Positions 14,366 to 27,424 of a stretch of DNA of 64,000 nucleotides are shown here, in pieces (within the stretch, counting starts at the first letter, position 1; the number at the start of each line of letters is the position of its first letter). Location of the stretch: NCBI GenBank assembly GCA_951406725.2, contig OX597821.1, positions 56,668,001 through 56,732,000 of the forward strand. Direction: 5' to 3'. Under the pieces are notes generated by a model, which was not told the origin of the DNA, did not search any database, and was given only the letters and a program-made list of their open reading frames with translations. The stretch comes from Octopus vulgaris (taxonomy: Eukaryota). The position numbers and the translations under genes are program-made.

Positions 14366-15990
14366 TTACGGCTTTAGTTACATCATCGTCAAAAACAATG
14401 CTTAAGCTCCAGTTTCGGAAAAATTTAACTAAGCTATTCTTAACCCCTTGTAATTTTTGGTTAGAAGCGTTATGAAGGTAGAGTAGACAATCATCACGAT
14501 ATAGACCTCCATTAATCTTTGGGTATTGGTCAGCCATCTCATAAAGGATATATATATTTATACCGACCAAATCTGCGATTTGTGCTGATTCAGAACTTCC
14601 CATTGTAACATCAAAACTGTCGGGTGTATCTTTACGGACCTACAGCTTGTTATCAAATTTAATAACAGATTTTCTGGCAGCCAACACGACATTAATTTCA
14701 TCCTTGGTGAGACCTGCTTTGTTGTCAGCGAGCCAGAGTACCTTGTTAAGTACGATTGGGTTGATAGAGGAATAGAAACTAGAAATGTCAAACTGGATAA
14801 ACTTAGTGCACTTCTTGTTCAATAGAACTAAACCAATCGACCACTTGGAACGAATTAGACCATGAATTAATATTTAATTTTTTAACTAAGGTAGGAATAT
14901 ATTTATCTAGAATATTTTTGCTAAATACACCGATGTCAGAGATAGAAGGACAAATAAGTCGTAAGGATGGGTTATTAAAAAAAATTTATTTGTGATCTTT
15001 TAAAATAAAACGAGGTTGTTTAGGATCAAGGGGTTCTGTCTTCATCTGTAAGTCATATTTCTCCATAATTTTCTTAGCCTCAAGATTGGCTTTACTGATT
15101 GAACTTTTACCGGGAATCCTTTAATTCTTCTGTATTTCTTTTCTAAGTAATTTTAGCTAATAGTCCTTGGTAAGCCTATACAGGTTTCCTGTTTTATCCG
15201 ATTGAACCAGTGTCTCATCCATACTCTGAATTTCTTTGGTGATAGTGTTAAGATACCTCAAATGTTTATTCCTTGAGGGTGAACGGTGGAATTTCACATT
15301 CCTCACAATAGACCAGGGATCGTCTTCAAACTGTTTCAATCTTGGGTTAGGTGGAGGATTGTTTTTAGATTTAAACAATCTTTTGAATTCAGAAGCTGGA
15401 TTGTTAGAGGGCCGTTTAATGTCTTCATTGTCGAAGAAAAAGGCAAGCCATCTAATACGGTTAATAAAGGAGTTTGTCTTACTAATGATTTGCGTAAGGA
15501 AAACTTTCCTGGGGGAATGTGTATATCCTTAAGAGATGCCTTTATAACAAACAACTCAGTATGCAGAAACTATTTTATTAGCAGGTTATATGAAAACCTG
15601 TTTGAAGTGTGTATAAATGTATATGTATTTTTGCAGTGCTTACAAATAACACGGAGAAAATAAACAATTACCAGAGTAGCAAATATTCACACAAGTAACA
15701 AGGATGTAACAGCCTATTTATAAAGGTAGAAATTCCAGGTTTAGGTGAAATAGTTTGTATAATATTGATAAATAAATAAATGGAGTTAAACGCAGTTGTT
15801 ATTCAAATTCTTTTACTTCCGACATATGTTTCGAAGACAACATTGATATTATTCCAGAAGGACTAAAATGGTGTAAAACAATGCAATCTTCTCATCGGGG
15901 AAAGAAAGAAACCAAACATCAATAAGACATTTTAACAGAATGTGATGACTGCGTATATGAATGGAACGCTATCATGTTTTTTTAACCGTT

Positions 15991-16055
<65 letters not shown>

Positions 16056-16056
<1 letters not shown>

Positions 16057-16203
16057 TTTATTTTAAGCAGCAGAAAATTCAACAAAATCTGTTACTCTGA
16101 GTTTCTCGTTGCCGTTCATCAGACAGTTTTTGGTGTCTGATGAACGGCAACGAGAAACTCAGAGTAACAGATTTTGTTGAATTTTCTGCTGCTTAAAATA
16201 AAG
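16056..16203. repeat. Perfect 70-bp inverted repeat (8-nt spacer) carrying a hammerhead motif in each arm
   Basis: 16056-16125 is the reverse complement of 16134-16203; right arm tgtCTGATGAacggcaacgaGAAACtcagaGTAaca. Confidence 0.9.
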
Positions 16204-16272
16204 CATATTACTCTACCACTGGTATTTGAGTACTCTTTTTTCCACCTTGTTTCACATTTATGTGTTTACTCC

Positions 16273-16325
<53 letters not shown>

Positions 16326-17930
16326 ATCTGTCCGTCTGTCTGTCTATCTATCTCTTTATCTATTTAGCCAGCTGTATATCTACCAATTTATCTATGCATT
16401 TACCTGTCTCTCTGTGTGTTTGTCTATCTATTTGTGTTTGTGTTTATCTCCCACCGCTTTTCGACCGGTGTTGCATTGTTTATGTTTCCGTAACTTAGCG
16501 GGCTAGTGAAAAGTGGGTGATAAAAGAGAAGTACCAGGTAGAAGATAAGTACTAGTCTTTATTTGATCGATTAATGCTTTGAAGGCAGTGTCAATTGTAT
16601 GGTCTCAGTCCAATGGCTGAAACATGTGAAAGGAATAAAAAGAGTATAAATAACTATAGGCGCGTATATGAGAGTACAAATGTACATATTTCTCTTCGGA
16701 AGATTAAATCGCCGACGTTTGTTAATCGTTATAAAAAAGATTAGTCTGTCTGGAATCTACTGTCATACGAGGCTGGAACTTATCTGGATAATTGAAACAT
16801 CTAGGCAACCAACAGTGCAACATTCGGTTCTGATTAAGAAGCAAATCTGTCACTCTTCCGTTTCATTTACGGCTATATGGATCAACATGAATAATGTACT
16901 TTTCTCAAGGACTCAGTACACCCAGCAAGTCTAAGAATCGAACCAATCACCTAATGATAGGGAGACCAACACTCGACACATTAGGCCACGTATCTTCATC
17001 AAAAACAGTATCTCAAAGTAGAAATGAGAAGCAATGAAACGCCAATGTTTGAAATATACGCACAGAGAATTTGACTAATAGTCCACTACATTTATGACTT
17101 TAAACTGCGGACAATTGTGAATCGAACTTTATAACTCAAGTTTGAAAAATGGGCAGTTTTCTGGAAGTTTCAGCCACAAAATTCGTCTTTCAAAATAATG
17201 TATATTTTCCTCCATGTTTTTTTCTCTGCTGAGTTTGTATTGAAGTTTTTATGTAGAATATCTCGGGAAAATACATAGCTTTAAAGTTTGTACATACATT
17301 TTTTTTATTATGCTTATACAATATCCATCATGGCAAATATTCCTTTCTATGTATAGCCTTAATTAAAACAGATTTGCAATGATGGTTTATGAACATTCAG
17401 TTAACAGGTGATGGCGTAATAGTTATAAAACTCCCACTGATATACGAAAACGGTTTTGCCCTCTGTATGTGGCTGTCATCTTCTATATAGGATGCAGATT
17501 GTACATTTCAACTGATTATATTCTAGTGATAAATATTTATTACCAGTATATCTAGAATTAAGGCAATTTATTCATTAGGAATTTAATTCATTACAACTAA
17601 ATCATTATACGAATAAATTTTTATCACCATTGCTGTGTACATGCACGTTGTAATTACTTCTCCGTTTACCGATAAGCCATTTTTCCAAATCTTAAATTGA
17701 TTTGGAAGGTAAATTTACGACCCGAATATGACTTGTTAAACTTTTATCATCTGCTTTGCCATTATCCCAATTTCCTCTCTTACTGTTGTCCGTATCTTTA
17801 TACACTTTTCGTATATTCAACACTACAATTGTTTGCTTTTGCTGGTGGTGAATGCATTAAGACGGTTGATGTTTTCATCACCATCATTACTACTATTATA
17901 ACTATGCTGTCGTACTTTATTTTTAGATTT

Positions 17931-17964
<34 letters not shown>

Positions 17965-19629
17965 CCCCCTCTCTCTCTCTCTCATATCCTTGGATATGGT
18001 GATTGAATTTATAGCACGTAGGATATATGAGGTTAATGAGCAATCCGTTACTGTTACCTAAACTCAATGGACTCGTCCCGGGAATCTTACCACGCTGTTA
18101 ATTACAGAGTTATTTCCAACCTGCTGAATTCTAGCGATAGGTAATCACGACAGCATTAATATGGAGAAACAATACCTACACGTCTCTCTCGTGGAGGTAC
18201 CAACGCTTACCAAGCAACAGTATCTTCAGTTGTTGCTGTTCACGACGAATTCTCATTTTTTTAGTATAAGATGGTGAGTATGAAAGATGAAGAATCAGTC
18301 TTAAGACCAAAAGAATAATGGTTTATGTGGCTAAAGTACCTACAAGAATCTACCCTATAACCTACTAGAGGAGAACTTCAAAAGTTTAATGGTAGACCTA
18401 TTGAATATGTGGTAGTACTTCTGATGAGGTGGAAAATTCTCCATAAATATCATAAGGAGCAAATGTCAAAGTTATATGTTGACAGGTTAAATGAAACGTT
18501 TTACCAGGAAATATTCGATTTTCTATTTCAGCCATCTCTATTCAAATATAGTTTACTATTAGATATATTTATTAGATCATACTGGTTTGGCAGGTCCCTT
18601 GATCGGAGATGGTGCTTTAAATAAAATCAACTACATTAATGAAAAGCCATATCACTTTTTAAACGTGGTCAAATGTCAATTAAACTTCCGTTAATTTATT
18701 AATGAATTGGTATATATATATTCATAGGTGAGGGATTATCAATCCGAGCAAAATACTCCATAAGCTCTCTGCTGGCACGCCAGGCTAACAATATTGTTTA
18801 TATTAGTAAAAGGAACTCCAAATGTTCTTCTGGCGGGATCCGACATTATAGTTTATCGCTATTCTATATAGTAAATCCGTGGTTGTGCTTCAATAAAATT
18901 CATTGTTACATAGAGTGATACACAAGACAATGTATAAATAATGCTCATTAAATATTTTTCCTTTATTGGAGTAAATTTGTCTTTCAGCTGTTTCCAGTAG
19001 TCATTATAGGTTCGTTACTGATATATGTCTCAATTGGAGGAGAGGAAAAAAGAATAGAAAAGAGGCAAGTCGAAAAGAGATAAAGAGGAAAGGGCAAGAT
19101 AAGTAATGATTTGGAACGGAAGGACTAAAGTGAAGAGAAAGAATGGAAGAAAAGGAGAGAGGAAGGGAAGCACTCGATAAAAGAAGGATGATAGGATGGC
19201 CGAAATTGAGGAAAGGACAGTCATAAAACAGTGTTTTGTAATCAGGTCAACACACATGAATATATTTGCATTGTTTTTAGGTTAGATATTCTCCAAATAT
19301 TGTGTTGAAATTTAATATGGGCCATTTAGACACATGGTCAACTCAAGTCTTTAATATTTGGTCATTTTTACTATCATGCATAGTAGGGGAATTGTATTAG
19401 AAAATGAATGAAACAGCCATAATAATCATATAATGATGGAGATATTGAGGAAGCTTTGGTTAGCTAAGATCTAAACTAATAGAATATCTAAACTTAAACC
19501 ATTAAATAGATTAAGAATTAAAATTTCAACTAAAGTTAAACTTTATAAAATTAACATTAAAACAAACTAAAATTTATAAGAATTAAAAGAATTTTACGAA
19601 ATAGATTGTAATACTAGAACAACAACAGC

Positions 19630-19711
<82 letters not shown>
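19630..19711 (+). repeat. (AAT)n microsatellite
   Basis: Pure AAT run. Confidence 0.95.
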
Positions 19712-19713
<2 letters not shown>

Positions 19714-20607
19714 TGCAACAATATTAAAATGAATAAACAGATAAAATAGAAATTTTTCAATTTTTAAGATTTTAAAATTTAACTAAAAGAAATCATATAC
19801 ATATATGTGTGTGTGTGTGCGCGCGTGTGTATGTGTGTGTGTGTGTATAATTATGTAATTTACATTTTTCTCTTACGCATCATACTCATCCTGATTAATG
19901 TTTCTCGCTATGGTGTTAAAGTTATATAGGAGATCTTCTGAAGGATTTATTATAGGAATGTTTACAGTGTATCATTAATTCTTTCCGAGATTACTCTTTG
20001 GTGTAAGCATTTGGAGTGATTCCTCTAGACAGAGTTTACATCTACTTCTTCCTATTTCATAAGGTTTTACTGTACATAGCATTGACCATTTTAGCTCATA
20101 TTCTGTCTTTTCGTCCCTAAGTTGGAATATAAACTTGCTAAATGATGTCGCGTTTTACTTCTTTTTATGTTTGAATGACGAGATGTGGTTGTAATAGTGG
20201 AGCTTATATGTCGTTGAGCAACATCCAAAGTAATTGTAAATTTTATCGCGAGTTACTACAGCACATTCATATACTGTGTTCTTTTCTAGACATGATTTAT
20301 TTAAAAGGCATTCTCTATCTCCTCTACAGTTGCAACTGGCCCTATCTTTCCTATTCTTACTACCTGTGCAGTTACTATCACTGTTACCGTTATTATTATT
20401 ATCACCATCATTCCCATCATCATCACTACCACTATCTTCAATTATTACTAGTATTACTATCATTATCATTGTTATTACTATTACTATCACCATCACTGCT
20501 GCTGCTGTTGTCCTTGTTATCATTTCTATTTATATTGCCCTCCCTGTTAGTTTTACTATTAATATTAATGTTTACATTCTTTCCGTTATTTTCTAAGACC
20601 TTATTAA

Positions 20608-21275
20608 TATTAGGTCATCAAGTACGAAATTTGTAGAACAGAAAAAGTTTGCTAATGTTTTATAAATACAAGGAATAGTTTTATTCATCAAAGTATGCAC
20701 CCGTATTGTCAATACACTTTGCCATTTCCCGGAAATGTAAAAGCCTGGCAATCTAAAATCAATAAAATCTTGGAAGGCCTGTTTTACAACATCGTCGGAA
20801 TTAACTTTTTTTCCTATCAAAAAGTTATCCAAATTCTGGAAGAAATGATAGTCAGTGGGGGCAAGATCAGGTGAGTATGGTGGATGATGGAGAACTTCCA
20901 ACTCCAACTCCTGTAGTTTTGCCAATGTCATTTTTGTGATGTGTGATCTGGTGCTGACTTGCAATAAAATAGGAGTAAATCTGTTGACTAATCTAGGTTG
21001 TTTTTTCTTTTTGTAAGTTTCTGCATTATTTACTCCAGTTGGCAGCAGTATACTTAGGCCGTGATTGACGAACCAGGTTTAATGAAATCATAATGGAACA
21101 CACCTTCGCCAGACCATCAAACACACACCATCAGCTTCTTTTGATGTATTTTGATTTTTGGACTGTGTTTTGGTGTCTCGTCTTTGCCTAACCATTGTGC
21201 TGAACGTTTACGGTTGTTGTATCGGACCCATTTCTCATCAAATGTTACAATTCGATTAAAAAACGATTAATTTTT
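20608..21275 (-). mobile_element. Mariner transposase relic (Mos1/Hsmar-like 3' half)
   Basis: EVLHHPPYSPDLAPTDYHFF in ORF 20593-20964; IVTFDEKWVRYNNRKRSAQW at ~21190-21250. Confidence 0.8.
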
Positions 21276-21933
21276 GTGAAAGAAAAGGAAAGGGAAGAAA
21301 TTTTTTTACTGCCTGCTTTCAGTCATAGTAAGAGCAGTGATGCTATATTCTTTCTATTCTATTATTTTCGAGAAAGAAGCGTCAAAAAGAGAAAGACAGA
21401 GAAATTAGATAAAGCAAGCAGTAAAAAAATTGCTTCCCTCTCTTTCTTATTGACAACTTAACACGGCTGAAAGGCAAGCAGCAAAAATATCTGCCTACCT
21501 TTCAGCAGATATGTTAAGCCAGCAGAAGTGCTGATGTTTGTTTTATTGCTTTTAGATTATTCGATTATTCAGTACACATTTTATCTTTTATCTGCTACTC
21601 GTTTAAATCAGCAGATTGTGGCCATTCTGGGGCACCACCTTCAATAATTTTTAGCCTAAGGAATCTACCCCACTGCTTTTTTTAAAGCCTGGTGCTTATT
21701 GTTTTGATCTCTCGTACCGAACTGCTAAGTTACGAGAACGTAAAAACACCAACGCCGGTTGTCGGCCCTAGACTATAATAGAATAATAGAAGACACTAGT
21801 AGAAGACTGAACCTGGAACCACGTGGTTGGGAAGCAAACTTCTTACCTCAGACTGAATTCAGTCATGAGACCCCAGAGTTTTCTTGACTATTTCACACAT
21901 AGAGCGAAAAGAAGAAACCGATAATTTGTGTGT

Positions 21934-21981
<48 letters not shown>

Positions 21982-23495
21982 TTATTAAAAAGTAAAGTTT
22001 TTATCCATTCTTTCATACCAATGCTTAAAATTTAATCGTAAACATTTAAAGTTATTTAAGAAATGTTACGTAAAAAAGTAAACTAGCACCTAAATTATCT
22101 ATTAGCATAAAGCCAAGATTCATTTAAAAAGATTATAATCCAGTAGAATTTCTCATGCTTTCAATTGTCCCCAGGATGGCAAAAGGGGTCAATCAGTTCA
22201 GTTTTCTCGCTATTTTCCCCAACTTTGAAACATATAAGAAGAATATTATCATTCTTGGAAAAGAGAAACAAAAGCTTAAACTGAAAAATCAAAGCCAAAG
22301 TGGGCAGCAAGGAATGTCATCGTTATTTTGATTAAAAGTATTATGAATAGTCTGAATGAATGACGAGATGACCCATTCTGAACTAATTTTTCTGTTTCCC
22401 ATATCAGTTAGTTTGTCAGTATAAGAACACATTTTCTTAGCTTTGAAGTGATATTGAAAACGAATGTCACTTTCAAGTGATATTCAAAACGAAATCATCT
22501 AATAGCATAGCTGTTACAAATGAAGATGTAACTAAGCCAATGATCGAAACAAAATAGCATTTGCTGCTGTTATGCTTGGCGAGACTACAGACCTTCACAT
22601 GAAATCTTAACTGTTACACGTTTTGCGATTTGTTGATGAGAAGGGAAGGCTTCAAGAAAGATTTATGTGACCATTCGATGTCAATAAAGAGAGAAAAGGT
22701 GCATTACTGGCTGAAGTTGTACATTGTTATACACATTCACTTAATTTGGTACTCTCTCAATCAGCTTCAAGAGTTCGTGGACGTCAAATTTTCTTCCAAA
22801 CCTTATAAAAATAATTTCGATTTTTTTCTCAGTGTGGACGACTCGAATAGCCCAAACTGGATGAAATCGCTGGAAGGTGATTTCTAAAGTTATATGTACG
22901 TTTCTCGTCACTTACTAATTACTTCAAAACGGTGCGTGCAGGGGGGAAATTATTTTCATTTTCAGACTCTCCATATCACAAAGCATATATGATACTACAC
23001 TTTTCGCGGAAAACGGGGAACGGTGGAACACTCGGAAATTCCCCCAAGAAAAACCTCAGATACCTTCACTGTTTTCCTGTAAAAAAAATTTATGGTATGC
23101 ATTGGATTTTGTAAAATATTTATCCACTGCTGTAAAGAATTCTTGACCACTTTTAGATGATATTTATTATCCGTGGACAGAATTGTACCATAGAACATCA
23201 GATTTCTTACATTTTGGGGGCGGTTTATTGTTGCTAATATAAGATGTGGAAGTGTCACTATTCAACGGGTTATATTTAAACTTCATATTTTGGTATTCCT
23301 TATTTTCAGTTCCTATATTATTTCTAATATCTATATTTCTTATTCGTAGTTTTGTCGAACGAATCTAACCCCACCCCACGCATACAATTTTAAAATCAAG
23401 TACTTATTGTATCGGTCTCTTTTGCCGAATTATTAATGTTACGGGGATGTAAAACAAACAACACAGGTCATCAAGCGATCTTGGGAGATGTACGC

Positions 23496-24790
23496 ATGAG
23501 GTGGTATCAAAAAGTTCCCGGAATAGTTCTGTAGCGCGCCAGGAGATGGTAGCACATGATTGCGTGTTCAGTAAGAGCTAGCAGTGACTTTCATGAGGCA
23601 GTATGCCGAGTGACATCGCTGTGTTTACTTCGAAAGCTGTGAAATTTGTATATTTGTGATCTCACGTATGCTGTAGTCTGCAATTTTGTCATGAACAGAA
23701 ATAAAGAGTCAGCGTGAAATTTTGCACTAAACTTGGGAAGTCTGCTATAGAGACATTGATCATGCTTCGCCAAGCCTACATCGACGAGGAAATGGGTCTA
23801 CGCTATGTTTCGAGTGGCACGGGCGCTTCAAAAGTGGAAGAACGTCCCTGGAAGATGATAAGCGATCTGGAAGACCTGCCACAAGCGTCAGCCCTGGAAA
23901 TGGGAAGAAATTTCATCATCTTGTGCATAAGGACCGTCGAAGAAAAATCAACGACATTGTTGATGTTGTTCATCTGTTGTATGGGTCCGTGCAGGCAATC
24001 CTAACGTTTGAATTGAACATGAAGCGTGTCTCTGTCAAGTTTGTCCCCGCCTGCTGACCACGGAGCAGAAAGCGCATCGAGTCGAAGTCTGTCAAGATCT
24101 CCGTCAGCGTGCCGCTGATGATCCATGCTTCATGTCGAGGATCATCACCGGTTACGAGAGCTGGATCTATGGGTACGACCCTGAGACTAAGCAGCAGTCG
24201 TCACGATGGAAGAGCCATTCATCTCTACGACCGAAAAATGCACAACAGAGTCGCATCTCAATCAAGTGCGTACTCGTTGTTTTTGTTTTTTTCGACATAC
24301 GCGATATTGTACATCAAGAATTCGTCCCCCAGAGCCAGAGAGTTCTACTGCGAAGATTTGAAGCATCTGAGGGAGGGCATTCAGTGAAAGCCACCGCAAC
24401 TGTGGAGTGTGAAGAATTGGATTCTTCACGCCGACAATGCACCCTATCACCCAGGTCTTCTCACTCGCGAGTTTCTTGCCAAAAACATGGCATCGCTTCT
24501 ACAACTCGCCCTATTCACCAGATCTAGCACCTGCGGACTTCCATCTCTTTCCCAAAATGAAAATGCAGCTCAGAGGTCGCCGTTGGAGATCAAGAGCGAA
24601 TCGCAGAAGGTACTCGGCGCGCTTACGGAAAATGACTTCTAAGCCGGATTTTAAATGTAGCGGGATCACTGGGACCGGTGTATTGTTGCATAAGATGGCT
24701 ATTTCGAAAGAGATGATGTTAAAACTTAGGTAAATAAGTTATTTTTAAATAAACATAACTATTCCTGGAACTTTATGATACCACGTCGTA
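23496..24790 (+). mobile_element. Full-length but frameshifted mariner element inserted into a SINE
   Basis: TIRs gaggtggtatcaaaaagttcccggaatagt / actattcctggaactttatgataccacgtc; motifs IITGYESWIYGYDPETKQQS, HADNAPYH, PYSPDLAPADFHLFPKMK in different frames; SINE halves at 23400-23495 and 24791-24960. Confidence 0.85.
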
Positions 24791-27330
24791 CACAAAGATA
24801 CACTCACATAAACACACAATGGGATTCTTTCGGTTTCTGTCTACCAAATCCTGTCACAACTGATCATTCCGATGGTATAGCAGAAGACACTTGCCAAATG
24901 TACCACGCAGTGAAACCGAACCAGAAATCATGTCATTGGAAAGCAAGCTTCTTACCACTAAAGAAGTGAGCCAACGGAATAGCTACTACTTAGTTGCTCA
25001 GCAAAGTAAAAGTAGCTGCTCTGTCGCACTAAACCGTTATAAAAATAAAGGTAAGACATATTGAATACGTAGACTTTCTAATACTCTAAACCATCCCACG
25101 TTAGAATTATCACACACAAGACTTCTTGCACTTCATGATGATCACGGGCCACGATCGTCTTGATAATAATACAAACAATAACATATCTTAATAGAGTAAG
25201 TAAGACGGAGAGTTGACAGAATCGAGAATCGTTAGCACGTGGGGCAAAATGCTTAGCAGTATTTCGTTTGTGTTTTACGTTCAGAGTTCAAATTCAGCTG
25301 CGGTCGACTTCGCCTTTTATCATTTCTGGGTCGATAGAATATGTACCAGTTGAACACTGGGATCAGTCTAATCCACTAATACTGAAATTGCTGCCAAAAT
25401 TTGAAACTATATGTGATTAACTATAGTGCATGTGTCCTTGTTCGGTTAACTCGGGTTTAGGTAATTGTTGAATAAACTATTACTCTGTCTAAAGATGATT
25501 AGCACTTTTAAACGCTTTTACAAAAGACAAATAAATTCACCTATTTTATGATAACTTCATTTTCTTTATCACATTTAGATATTTCTGAACGATAAAGCAT
25601 ACCCTAAGGGAAAAGTGCCATCTGTGAAGATTCAATAAATAGGTTTAAGGGAGCAAAGGTTGGTACTTTAGAATTGGAAGTCCTGCATCAAACAAGGTAA
25701 AGAATTTATTTCTGCGGAATATTGTCCTTATATTAATAACTTATTGAACTTATTGATTCACTAATTCAAAAGAGAAACACTAGTTGTGTAGTGCAAATTG
25801 AGAAATTTTAATCACTTTAGCCTGATAAATATTATCTTGAACTCTTATACTGTGAATTCAATTCCGTTATAGGGGCTTGATTCAATTGCTTGGGAGGAAA
25901 TTTGGTTTTAAATTATCCCATTCGACCTAAAGTGTAAATAGCGATACGGCGACATCCTGATAAAGTTATCTGCAATAGGCTAGCATTTTATTCAACGGTT
26001 GATGTGTCTCTCACCCGTCTAGTTCCATGAAAAGCAACACGGCGTTGCTATGGAACTCCATGATTAGTAAAAGAATTAACTTTATGGATAGGATCTGGTG
26101 ATTTCCCGTTTTCACTTTAGTTGTAATATACTGTCTCTGAGAAAGACATAAGTAAATACCGATCGTGCCTTCTCGAATTTATTATTTCTGTGTTGAACAA
26201 ATGAGATATTCCACCACAGAATATTAAGTTTTCAATTAACCTTCAACATAAATGAAGGTGGTAGAATTAACTGAAACATCAAACTCATTTAGTAATCCAG
26301 GATTTCTATAAATAACAAAGCTTACGAAAGATTGCTTGATGTGAAAGATGCAGAATTGCATGCTTCTTCGCTTATAAAGCAGTTCTTTGTACAGATACTT
26401 TATAGTAGAAGGCATTTGTACTTATTTAATCTAATCTCTTTAGCTGTTCTGTCTCTAAAAGTACATAGCAAGATTAAGATTAATATCATTTCCATATATG
26501 TCAGTATAGAAAATTTAAGAAGGCAGAGTAACAGAAATGACCGTGTGAAAAGATTTCGATTCCAGTTTGAAATCATGTACTTTCATTTGTGCTGCTGATG
26601 TATTTGGAAAAATGATAATTCCCTTTTACATATAGGATTATTCTCTTTAACCAAAACAAACTATTATTATTATAATTATGTCCACATGATCTAAGTAAGT
26701 TATCGGTGGCTTAGTAATGATTCGAAATACTGAAAATATTTTGTAACTATTCACGAGAAAGACAGAAAAGTTACATAATAATATTTCTCTTACCTGTGAT
26801 TTTTATAAATATACTAACGGGGACGGTGATGTAGCAGAGACGGTACGCTTTACACAATGAGTTGAAAGTCCTGTATATCATATTTTTTTAACTCAGTTAC
26901 AATATCCAAATTAATTGTTAGTACCTTACGTCATACGAATGTCCTTGACAAAAGATTCAAGAACATACCATTCCCTATACACTTTTTTCAGACATTCTGA
27001 CAAGTAAACATAACAATAACATTACTTTCAACTATTAATCGACTTTGTGGTGATTACTGTAGGGCAAGCTATAACTTCTTTGCAAAATCAAAGCATTCCT
27101 TGATTCCACTTGCCTATTTATTTACAAATCATGTAGTTAAATCGCTTTAGTATCAAATTATTCCATTAGTTCATCCCTAAATCATAGTTTCTTCTGAGAC
27201 CAAATATCCTTGAGCAGTGCAAATTTGTAGAACTGTTTTAGGTTGGGTTTTATTTTCCGAGTGTTTAACAATTGAAATAGTATTTAGAAAATAATCTTTT
27301 CCTCTTCATTTATTTTTTCCAGAAACAATA

Positions 27331-27424
27331 ATGAAGGTCGTGTTTATAATTTTGCTGGTTTTGTTGCCATTGGCAATGGCAGCTATGTCCCAATATGACG
27401 AGGATATTGATAAGAGATTCTCTT
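27331..27424 (+). CDS. Secreted Cys-rich peptide precursor, paralog B, coding exon 1: MKVVFIILLVLLPLAMAAMSQYDEDIDKRFS
   Basis: Acceptor ttttccAG at 27321-27322, ATG 27331, donor GTAAGT at 27425; 2 nt differences from paralog A over 94 nt. Confidence 0.88.

Larger units (their letters stand above)
12377..15990 (-). mobile_element. Decayed Penelope-like retroelement (RT + GIY-YIG) with direct terminal repeats ~12377-12600 and ~15783-15990
   Basis: Fragments FIQFDISSFYSSI, MGSSESAQIADLVG, GGLYRDD (RT) and IYKCKI..FYIGSSSSQLSKRIYNH (GIY-YIG); ~210-bp direct repeats at both ends; absent from copy B. Confidence 0.85.
1..18715 (+). repeat. Segmental duplication copy A (starts left of the window)
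   Basis: Collinear matches by eye: 1-1880 ~ 25906-27975; 5550-6830 ~ 30085-31335; 10320-12300 ~ 32240-34620; 16420-17720 ~ 34765-36790; 18050-18715 ~ 37390-38000. Confidence 0.9.
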
